Origin: Candidatus Goldiibacteriota bacterium
GTDB taxonomy: Bacteria > Oederibacteriota > PGYV01 > DSYL01
Assembly (NCBI GenBank): GCA_026414685.1
Contig: JAOAIN010000014.1
Location: 1 to 34,631 of the forward strand
Direction of reading: 5' to 3'
Length of the DNA stretch: 34,631 nt
Below are positions 9,389 through 19,651 of the stretch, piece by piece; position 1 is the first letter of the stretch, and each line of letters starts with the position of its first letter. The translations under genes were made by a program, and so were the position numbers. The notes under the pieces are model-generated. The model did not search any database. It was not told where the DNA came from and was given only the letters and a program-made list of their open reading frames with translations.

Positions 9389-11875
9389 ATGAAAAAACCT
9401 ATAATGTTATTTCAAATAATTTTGATACTGATAATTTTAACTGCCGTTCCTACCGGTTTATTTTATTATTATGACAATTTAAAAACCACACAGCTCAATA
9501 ATCTAAAATCAAAATTAATTTGGGCGGAAAATCAAAAAGAAATGGAAATTATCAAGGCTCAAATATCAAAAAAGCTTGATGAAATTTATGCTCAGATAAA
9601 TAATTTGTCTTTTTCAAATATTACAAAAAAATATTCTGTTTTTTTGAATGATAGAATTATCAGAGATTATAGTTATTCAAAAAAAGAGGCACTGGACGCC
9701 ATAAAGACACAATTTTTAAAATTATGTCATGGTAAAAATGAAAGTATAGTCCTATTGTTTAAAAATGGAAATGTTTTGATTTCTAATAATGCAGAATTAT
9801 TAAAATTATCATTTAAAAACAATACAAATTTTCTTCAGGTATTATCATCAGAGAAAATTTCAGGCAACATTAATTTTACAACAGGTATTGCAGAATTTTT
9901 TATCCCAATTTTTGACGTAAAAAATCGTCTTGTATCTGTTCTTTATATCAGAGAAAATATAACAGAATTAGTTCAGAAAATAAGAAATGAAAAACAATCA
10001 TCCCACGGTTATAATTTTATTATTAACTCTGCTGGAAAAATGCTTTTAAATACAGATATGGCAAAAGAGAATACAGAAAATATTCTTTCTTATCCAGATA
10101 TTAAAGCAATATTATATGATGACACAGATTCAGGTATCAAAGAAGCAGAGTATAATAATTTAAAGGGTTTACTGGGATATAAAAAAATAAATGAACAAGA
10201 AAATATCATCTGTATTTTTACTCCTTATGCAGATTATTCTTTTATGAAAAAAAGAGTAGAAAAATATGAATTAAGTTTATTTGACACAACCTTCGTATTA
10301 CCAGCTTATGTTTTTATAATTATAATTTTTGTAATATCTATATTTTTTATTAACCTTATTATTGAACAAATAAATTCTCCTTTAAAACGAATTGTAAAAG
10401 CAATGACAAAAATAGACGATGAGAGTTTTCAGGAAATTCTGCCAAAAGTAAGGGCTGGTGATTACAGAAAATTAATTGATTCTATTCTGATTTTAAAAGG
10501 AAGAATTTCAGCAGCAGAGGAGAAAGCAATGAAACTTTCTCAGATGTCAAAAGAACTGGAAGAAGAGCTATCAAAAGAAGCTTCAAGATACGATGCCGAA
10601 TTATCGCAATTAAGAGATGCTGTGAAAATCGCTGAAAATGAAAAATTGACATTTGAAGAAAAATTATTAAAACAGAAAGAAGAATTTGAAAAAGAAAAAG
10701 CATCAATAAAGAAAAAACTGGAAGATGAAAAAAATGAAATTTTAAAAAAATACACAGACTTACAGATAGAATTTGATAAGTTAAAACAAGAAATTAATAA
10801 AATTCAAACTTCAAAAATACCACAGGAAAAAGAAAATATGCGCATACAATCAATCCTTGCTATGAATAATGAGTTAAAAGGAGTACTTTCTGTTATTAAA
10901 ACATATATATCAACTGTTTTAGGTGGAGAAGGAAAAATAACAGATACTCAACAACAATTTTTAGGTGTGGTTATTAATAAATCAGCAAGACTTGAACGTC
11001 TTATAAATGATTTAACTGAATTATCACTTCTTGAAAAAGGAGATATAAAACCAGTAAAGCAACCCGTTGATATAAACAATATTATTCAGGATATTTTATT
11101 TGCTATACAGCCACAGGCGGATGTTAAAAAAATAGATATAAAAGTTAATTTTGCACCTACACTTCCTTCTGTAATGAGTGATAAAAATAGGATTTCAAAT
11201 GTTATAAGTTCACTTTTAAATCAAGCAATAAAAGTATCTCCAAGGGGTGCAAAGATTATTATAGAAACAAAGGATACGCAGAAAGATGTAATAATCAGAA
11301 TAACTGATTTTGGAATGAGTATGCCACAATCAAAAGCAAATTTATTATTTATTAATTTCCATGGTACAGAATCAATAGCTGGTCCTGAATTTGTGAATAC
11401 CGGTTTACGTTTTCCAATAATTAAAGCAACATTGAATAATTTAAATGGAGATATATGGGTTGAATCAGAAATCGGCAAAGGTAAAACTTTTGTTATTTCT
11501 CTTCCAAAACAATTAGAACCAGGTATAACTCAAGAAGAGCAAGAAACAAAACCTAAAATTTCATCCTTATCACCAGATTTTGTAACAAAACCAGTTGATG
11601 AAGTTAAACCTATTATTCAAAGGAATGTAACACCAATGCAGGATACAAGTTATAAAAAAGATACAAGTTCTGAAATTCCAACAGTGACAGAATTGTTATC
11701 ATTGGATGTTCCTTTTATTGAGAAAAAGACAGAAATTCCAGGTAAAGATATAGATATTCCAAAAGATTTGCTTGGAAAAAAAGAAATAAAAGATAAAGAT
11801 AAAATCTCTCCTCAGCAATTACCTGAGGAGCTTCCTCCCTTACCTGAACTGGAAGATGACAAAGGAACAATATAA
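9389..11875 (+). CDS. Membrane sensor histidine-kinase homologue with degenerate catalytic motifs (likely pseudo-kinase)
   Basis: 828 aa. The layout is an N-terminal TM, a roughly 270-aa extracytoplasmic domain, a second TM (FVLPAYVFIIIIFVISIFFINLII), a HAMP-like linker and a long E/K-rich coiled coil. DHp-like and HATPase_c-like domains and an acidic/Pro-rich tail of roughly 120 aa follow. The H-box reads AMNNELKGVLSV, with Asn where the phospho-acceptor His should be. N, G1 and G2 boxes are also degenerate (NQAIKV, DFGMSM, NTGLRF). Confidence 0.7.
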   Translation: MKKPIMLFQIILILIILTAVPTGLFYYYDNLKTTQLNNLKSKLIWAENQKEMEIIKAQISKKLDEIYAQINNLSFSNITKKYSVFLNDRIIRDYSYSKKEALDAIKTQFLKLCHGKNESIVLLFKNGNVLISNNAELLKLSFKNNTNFLQVLSSEKISGNINFTTGIAEFFIPIFDVKNRLVSVLYIRENITELVQKIRNEKQSSHGYNFIINSAGKMLLNTDMAKENTENILSYPDIKAILYDDTDSGIKEAEYNNLKGLLGYKKINEQENIICIFTPYADYSFMKKRVEKYELSLFDTTFVLPAYVFIIIIFVISIFFINLIIEQINSPLKRIVKAMTKIDDESFQEILPKVRAGDYRKLIDSILILKGRISAAEEKAMKLSQMSKELEEELSKEASRYDAELSQLRDAVKIAENEKLTFEEKLLKQKEEFEKEKASIKKKLEDEKNEILKKYTDLQIEFDKLKQEINKIQTSKIPQEKENMRIQSILAMNNELKGVLSVIKTYISTVLGGEGKITDTQQQFLGVVINKSARLERLINDLTELSLLEKGDIKPVKQPVDINNIIQDILFAIQPQADVKKIDIKVNFAPTLPSVMSDKNRISNVISSLLNQAIKVSPRGAKIIIETKDTQKDVIIRITDFGMSMPQSKANLLFINFHGTESIAGPEFVNTGLRFPIIKATLNNLNGDIWVESEIGKGKTFVISLPKQLEPGITQEEQETKPKISSLSPDFVTKPVDEVKPIIQRNVTPMQDTSYKKDTSSEIPTVTELLSLDVPFIEKKTEIPGKDIDIPKDLLGKKEIKDKDKISPQQLPEELPPLPELEDDKGTI

Positions 11876-11889
11876 TAAAATAAAGTCAG

Positions 11890-13287
11890 GTGATTTTATT
11901 GAAAAAACTTGCAATTATTTTTTTACTAATTTTTGTAAAAACCCAGATATTTTCTGAAACCCATGTATCAGGTCTTATTGATAAGATAGAAAATTGGGAT
12001 TTAAAATCATCGCCATATATTATCAATGAAACAGTTATTATAGGAAAAAAAGGATTTTTAACAATATACCCAGGAACTGAAATAAAGTTTAAAAAAGGAG
12101 CAAAATTATTAGTGAGTGGAACTCTTTATGCAAAAGGAAACAAAGATAATCCAGTAAGATTTTTACCTTATGATTACGAAAGTTTTTATGAGGGTATTTA
12201 TTTTGATGGTGGAGGAAAATCAATCATAGAATATATTGTTATGATACGAGGAGCAATAACTGTAGAAGCTACAAGATTAGAAATAAATAATAATTATATT
12301 TTAAATTCAACTGGTATTATTCTTAAAGATTTTGCTGATGTTATATTGAAAAATAATTTTTTTTTAAATAACACATATGGAGTGCATATAGAAGGAAGCA
12401 ATATCAATCACAGCATATCTGAAAATACATTTGCTGGATGCAGATATGGTATTTATATTATGAAATATTATGATGGAAAAGGAACAATAAAAAGAAATAA
12501 TTTTCTGGAGAATATAAATAACATTACCAATTATTCTATTGTAAATATCAATTGCAGTGATAATTACTGGGGGACTGATGAAGAGAAAAAAATAGTAAAA
12601 ACAATAATTGATAAAAAAATAAATCCAAAAGTTGGTGAAATTATACACAAACCATATTTAAAAGAAAAATTAAAATTACCTTTACCACCAGCACCATTTA
12701 TTTCTCTTGTTAAAACATATTTAAATAAAAAGAAGCCACAGGAGGACGTATATAGATTTTCAATAAGTGCTGGATTTTTTGGTTTTTTTCCAATGACCCC
12801 GGAGAGATTGAATAATGAAAACAATTTTGGACTTGGATATTCTGCAACATTTACTTTTAATCCTTTTGGTCCTGTTATGTTAGGTGTTGAAACAAATTTT
12901 TTCAATATGGATAACAAGGACAAATCTGTTTATAATTATAATATGAATATATCTGAATTCTTATTAAATATTTATGGGTATTTCGGATATGATAGAAACA
13001 TATATTTTGTCCCATATGCTAAACTAGGAAATGGTATTTCTATTATAAATGAATCATATATTTCTAACATAGCAATTTTTAATGGTAAAAATACTTTAAA
13101 ATATAATGAAATATGTTATTCAATATCAGGTGGATTAGGATTGGAATGGTTTTTAATGAAACTTTTTTCTTTTAAATTAGAGGGTGTTTATCATTACTTT
13201 TTTTATAACAGAGGTAATATCTCGTTTCCGGTTATTAATATTTCAGGAAATATTTATTTTGATACTCCATTTTTCTTAAACAGGTGA
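11890..13287 (+). CDS. Secreted right-handed beta-helix repeat protein fused to a C-terminal outer-membrane beta-barrel-like domain
   Basis: 465 aa, GTG start. Signal-peptide-like N-terminus (LLKKLAIIFLLIFVKTQIFS). Repeats of about 22 aa of the NN.f.nn..G pattern and a DNYWG motif are typical of parallel beta-helix (NosD/CASH-like) domains. A PLPPAP linker follows. The aromatic-rich region of about 190 aa shows alternating hydrophobicity, though the protein ends ...PFFLNR rather than with a terminal aromatic residue. Confidence 0.55.
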   Translation: MILLKKLAIIFLLIFVKTQIFSETHVSGLIDKIENWDLKSSPYIINETVIIGKKGFLTIYPGTEIKFKKGAKLLVSGTLYAKGNKDNPVRFLPYDYESFYEGIYFDGGGKSIIEYIVMIRGAITVEATRLEINNNYILNSTGIILKDFADVILKNNFFLNNTYGVHIEGSNINHSISENTFAGCRYGIYIMKYYDGKGTIKRNNFLENINNITNYSIVNINCSDNYWGTDEEKKIVKTIIDKKINPKVGEIIHKPYLKEKLKLPLPPAPFISLVKTYLNKKKPQEDVYRFSISAGFFGFFPMTPERLNNENNFGLGYSATFTFNPFGPVMLGVETNFFNMDNKDKSVYNYNMNISEFLLNIYGYFGYDRNIYFVPYAKLGNGISIINESYISNIAIFNGKNTLKYNEICYSISGGLGLEWFLMKLFSFKLEGVYHYFFYNRGNISFPVINISGNIYFDTPFFLNR

Positions 13288-13290
13288 AAA

Positions 13291-13569
13291 ATGCAACATA
13301 TAAAAGATATAATTGAAAAGCTAATTAAAAAAACTAAATTTAAGGAATTAAATGAGACAAATTTTATCTTAGAAAACTGGGAAGAAATTGTAGGAAAGGA
13401 TATTGCGGATAATACATTCCCTGTAAAATTGTATAAACATACATTATTTATAAATGTTAAAAATAGTGTTATAATGGAAGAAATGATATATAAAAAAAAC
13501 GAATTAATTGAAAAAATTAATTCTGTATTTAAAGAAAAAAAGATAAAAAATATTATATTTAAAATATGA
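13291..13569 (+). CDS. dciA: DUF721 / DciA-like protein (putative replicative-helicase operator)
   Basis: 92 aa. It sits immediately upstream of gyrB, the classic DUF721 location. The pattern W..IVG..IA..T.P..L....L.I.V.....M.E is consistent with DUF721. Confidence 0.6.
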   Translation: MQHIKDIIEKLIKKTKFKELNETNFILENWEEIVGKDIADNTFPVKLYKHTLFINVKNSVIMEEMIYKKNELIEKINSVFKEKKIKNIIFKI

Positions 13570-13586
13570 AGCGGAGGATTAATTAA

Positions 13587-16193
<2,607 letters not shown>

Positions 16194-16205
16194 TGGTCAA
16201 TTTTT

Positions 16206-16868
16206 ATGACAAAAAATGAAATAATATCATTTTTAAAACAGACACATCTTTTTGCGGAAGTTTCAGATAATGGATTAAGAAGAATTTCAGATTATGTTAA
16301 AGAAAATTTCTACAAAAAAGGACAAATTGTATTTAATGAAGGAGAAAAAGGAGATACACTTCATATCATAGTAAAAGGCCGTGTGAAAATCACAAAATAT
16401 ACGCAGCAGGGTAAGATAAAGATACTTGCTATTTTAAATGAAAAAGATAATTTTGGTGAAATGGCTCTTTTAACTGATGAAGCAAGAACTGCAACAGTAG
16501 AGACAATAGATGATGTTATAACACTTTCCATTGCAAGACAGGAATTCATGGATATTTTGAAGACAGAACCTTCAATTTCTTTGCAGATAATCAAAACATT
16601 ATGTCATCGTCTTGCAAAAGCAGATAGAGATTTGAAAAATTTTATTGCAGGCAATGCAAAGGTTAGAATATCATGCGTACTTCTTGATTTTAAAGATGAA
16701 AATAACACAGTAAAATTGACACATCAGGAAATTGCTGATATTGCAGGTTTGACAAGAGAAACAACAACAAGAATATTGAATGATTTTGCGGATAATAATA
16801 TTATTGAAACAAGAAGCAGAAAAATAAATATTATTAATTTAGAGAAGTTAAAAGAAATTAGCATGTAA
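16206..16868 (+). CDS. Crp/Fnr-family transcription regulator with a cNMP-binding domain
   Basis: 220 aa. Cyclic-nucleotide phosphate-binding cassette FGEMALLTDEARTATVE. C-terminal HTH: THQEIADIAGLTRETTTRILNDF. Confidence 0.85.
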   Translation: MTKNEIISFLKQTHLFAEVSDNGLRRISDYVKENFYKKGQIVFNEGEKGDTLHIIVKGRVKITKYTQQGKIKILAILNEKDNFGEMALLTDEARTATVETIDDVITLSIARQEFMDILKTEPSISLQIIKTLCHRLAKADRDLKNFIAGNAKVRISCVLLDFKDENNTVKLTHQEIADIAGLTRETTTRILNDFADNNIIETRSRKINIINLEKLKEISM

Positions 16869-16892
16869 TTGAAAATTAAAGAGGAAAATAAG

Positions 16893-17537
16893 ATGCCATT
16901 TAAAGGAGCAATTTTTGATGTTGATGGTGTTTTAATAGATACTGCAAATATACATTTTTTATCCTGGAGAGAAGTATTTAAAAAATACAACATTGAATTC
17001 ACATTTGATGATTTTAAAAGAAAAATTGATGGGCTTCCAAGAGAGAAAGGAATTTTAAAAATATTACCTAATATTAAAAAAAATGAGCTAAAAAAAATTG
17101 CAGAACAAAAACAGAAATATTTTATTAATTTTTTGAAAAAAAATAAGATAAAAAAAATAAAAGGAGCTAAAAAATTTTTAATTTTATTAAAAAAGAAAAA
17201 TATAAAAATAGCCATTGCTTCCTCAAGTAAAAATGCAAAGAGAAATTTAATAAAAGCAGGGTTTTATTTTATATTTGATGTTGATACAGAAGGCTATAAA
17301 ATAAAACGTGGTAAACCATATCCTGATATTTTTTTAAAAGCAGCAAGATTATTAAAATTGAATCCAGCTGACTGTGTGGTATTTGAAGATGCTCAAGCTG
17401 GTATTGATGCTGCGAAAAAGGCAGGTATGAAATGTGTAGGCGTGATAAGGGATAATAATAAATTAAAAAAGGCAGATATGCTTATAAAAGATTTTTCTGA
17501 AATTAATTTTAAAAAAATAAAATATCTATTTGAATGA
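16893..17537 (+). CDS. HAD-superfamily hydrolase (beta-phosphoglucomutase / sugar-phosphatase subfamily)
   Basis: HAD motif I FDVDGVLIDT, motif II IASSS, motif III/IV KPYPDIF ... FEDAQAGIDAAKKAGM. The track start is TTG at 16869. I prefer the ATG at 16893, which follows AAAGAGGA (16878-16885). Confidence 0.85.
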   Translation: MPFKGAIFDVDGVLIDTANIHFLSWREVFKKYNIEFTFDDFKRKIDGLPREKGILKILPNIKKNELKKIAEQKQKYFINFLKKNKIKKIKGAKKFLILLKKKNIKIAIASSSKNAKRNLIKAGFYFIFDVDTEGYKIKRGKPYPDIFLKAARLLKLNPADCVVFEDAQAGIDAAKKAGMKCVGVIRDNNKLKKADMLIKDFSEINFKKIKYLFE

Positions 17538-17544
17538 AAATAAT

Positions 17545-18609
17545 ATGAATAAAAAAACATTGAATATAATAATATTTATTTTTTGTTTATTTTTTGGTGT
17601 AATTGTTGTTTTAGGATATGAATTTATTTATAATGCATTGTCTGATTTTATATATACAAATATACACTTGAAAGAATCTTTATATAAACCAGTGATTTAT
17701 ATCTCTATGGGAGTGATATATATAGGTTTTTTGTTTTATTGTTTTGTTTTTTTTATTTTATCCTGGTTCTCTGCTATAATTTTTAATTATTTTGTCCGTG
17801 AGATGCGAAAGCAACAGATTCTTCCTGCAAATATTAAAACGAGAAGAAAAATAAATTTTTTAAATATATATGATGATATCAAAGAAATATTTAATATTTT
17901 TATTCGTTTATTTTTTGAAGTAAAACAAGACAAAGATAAATTTTTAAAAGTACTTGAAATGCATCTTGATCCGAATTTAAAAAAGGAAATAGAACAGAGA
18001 AATATAAATGAAATTTATATTGGAAACAGGACTAAAACAGGGACCATTCTTTTTTCCGATCTTCGCGGATTCACCTATGTTTCGGAATTTTATTCTCCAG
18101 ACGAAGTAGTGATGATTTTAAATGAATATTTAACAGAATCAACCAAGATTATAAATAAATATAATGGCAGAGTAAATAAGTATATAGGAGATGCCATTCT
18201 TGCAGTTTTTGAAGAAGCACCCAAATACGCAGATTATATGGATCAGGACAAAGCAATTTTAGCATCTCTTGATATGCAGGTTAAATTTCAATTATTATTA
18301 AAAAAATGGAGAGAAAAAATAAATCCATTATTAAAAATCGGTCTTGGTATTGGGCTTTCAAGAGGGCAGTTTCTTGCTGGTAATATTGGTTCAGAAAACA
18401 GGATGGAATATACTGTGATTGGTGACACTGTGAATCTAGCAAGTCGCTTATGTTCAATTGCAAAAGATGGAGAAATTATAATAAGCGATGATATTTATAA
18501 AACAATGGAAAATTTACTTGTTGTAGATATACTGGAACCAGTTGAGATAAAAGGTAAAACAGGCAAATATAATATTTATTCAGTTAAAACAAGAAAAATG
18601 TTAGTATGA
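17545..18609 (+). CDS. Membrane-anchored class III adenylate/guanylate cyclase
   Basis: Two N-terminal TM segments, then a cyclase homology domain. Metal-binding Asp motifs ILFSDLRGFT and KYIGDAILAVF. Transition-state motif VIGDTVNLASRL. The start could be ATG 17545 (MNKKTLN...) or the track TTG 17530, which overlaps the upstream stop. Confidence 0.85.
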   Translation: MNKKTLNIIIFIFCLFFGVIVVLGYEFIYNALSDFIYTNIHLKESLYKPVIYISMGVIYIGFLFYCFVFFILSWFSAIIFNYFVREMRKQQILPANIKTRRKINFLNIYDDIKEIFNIFIRLFFEVKQDKDKFLKVLEMHLDPNLKKEIEQRNINEIYIGNRTKTGTILFSDLRGFTYVSEFYSPDEVVMILNEYLTESTKIINKYNGRVNKYIGDAILAVFEEAPKYADYMDQDKAILASLDMQVKFQLLLKKWREKINPLLKIGLGIGLSRGQFLAGNIGSENRMEYTVIGDTVNLASRLCSIAKDGEIIISDDIYKTMENLLVVDILEPVEIKGKTGKYNIYSVKTRKMLV

Positions 18610-18625
18610 TATGAGGATTTAAGTA

Positions 18626-19303
18626 ATGTTAAATAAAAAATTATATCTTTTTGGAAATTTTATTTTATCAATTTGGATATTTATATCTTTAATAATTGTT
18701 TTTATGCAAAACGAATATAGCATTGATAAAGAAATCATATTTTATAAGATAGTTGAAAAATATAACAGTAAAATACAGAAAGGATGGAATATATGGATAA
18801 AGGAAGGAGAAAATGGATGGAGAAATGTGGTAAATAAAAAATTAATTTTATTAAAAAGAATATTTTATAAAAAATCTATTTATACTTCTGAGATAATAAA
18901 AAAACCAGAAGATGCAATTGTAATAAGAGGAACAAGTGATAAAAATCATCCAATAACAGTTCCAAAAGATACATATGTACATCAGGTGATAAAAATGGAA
19001 GCAACAGGATATGATCCATATCCTGACATAAATCAGATTGACTGGGCTGGCAAAACTTATCTTGGCTGGAAGGCGAGGTATGGAATTGCTGCTGTTGATC
19101 CATCTGTGATACCACTGAGACGTTTAATTTTTGTTGATGGCTATGGTTTTGCCTGGACAGGAGATACTGGTGGTGCAATCAAAGGAAAAAAAATAGATTT
19201 ATGTTTTAATACAACAAAAGAAGCTTTTAACTGGGGGAGAAAAAAAGTAAATGTCTATGTTTTAGGAACAAAACCACTAAGTTATTATAAATATAAAAAA
19301 TGA
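18626..19303 (+). CDS. 3D-domain (MltA-like double-psi beta-barrel) cell-wall protein with an N-terminal membrane anchor
   Basis: 225 aa. 3D-domain pattern: EATGYDP ... GIAAVDPSVIPL ... VDGYGFAWTGDTGGAIKGKKIDLCF ... A..WG...V.VYVLG. Confidence 0.75.
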   Translation: MLNKKLYLFGNFILSIWIFISLIIVFMQNEYSIDKEIIFYKIVEKYNSKIQKGWNIWIKEGENGWRNVVNKKLILLKRIFYKKSIYTSEIIKKPEDAIVIRGTSDKNHPITVPKDTYVHQVIKMEATGYDPYPDINQIDWAGKTYLGWKARYGIAAVDPSVIPLRRLIFVDGYGFAWTGDTGGAIKGKKIDLCFNTTKEAFNWGRKKVNVYVLGTKPLSYYKYKK

Positions 19304-19359
19304 TGTTATAATTATTAAAATATGATAAAATATAAAAGATAATTTATTTTAAAAAATTT

Positions 19360-19634
19360 GTGCCATGCCTAGGCGGGGAACTAGCGGTGCCCTGTACCGG
19401 AAATCCGCTTTAGCCGGGCTGAGTTATCTTTTTGCGGATATATTTTTAGTAAACCTGAATAATTTCTGAAGCGACGAAGATCGGGTCTGGTGCACTCCGA
19501 TTCCTTTGAACCCCGTCAGGTCCGGAAGGAAGCAGCGGTAAAAGGCAAAATCAGGAGGTGTTACCAGGTTACCTGATTGGAGCCTAAGTATTATTTGGGC
19601 CTGAAAATATATTCAAAAAAAGATGGCATGGCAC
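19360..19634 (+). ncRNA. ffs: Signal recognition particle RNA, long (Alu-domain-containing, Bacillus-type) form
   Basis: GC-rich patch. The terminal helix pairs GTGCCATGCC (19360-19369) with GGCATGGCAC (19625-19634). The Alu-domain block GGCGGGGAACTAGCGGTGCCCTGTACCGGAAATCCGCTTTAGCCGGGC closely matches the B. subtilis scRNA 5' domain. The universal domain IV motif GTCAGGTCCGGAAGGAAGCAGC is present. It sits immediately upstream of dnaX, as in Bacillus. Confidence 0.9.
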
Positions 19635-19651
19635 TAAAAGAGGTATTCTTT

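Noticed and set aside
16724-17215. 163-aa - strand ORF rich in F/I/L/K, which could pass for a membrane protein
   Set aside because: It is antisense to the Crp and HAD genes. The Phe/Ile/Leu richness is the complement of Lys/Asn/Glu-rich AT-biased coding sequence, a typical shadow ORF. The same reasoning applies to 8613-9044, 12364-12648, 12564-12923, 15635-15985, 28149-28451 and the other short antisense ORFs in the track.
19577-19651. N-terminal 25-codon extension of dnaX in the ORF track (MEPKYYLGLKIYSKKDGMALKEVFF)
   Set aside because: It lies inside the 3' half of the SRP RNA, including its terminal helix. The conserved DnaX N-terminus starts at the ATG at 19652, which has its own RBS.
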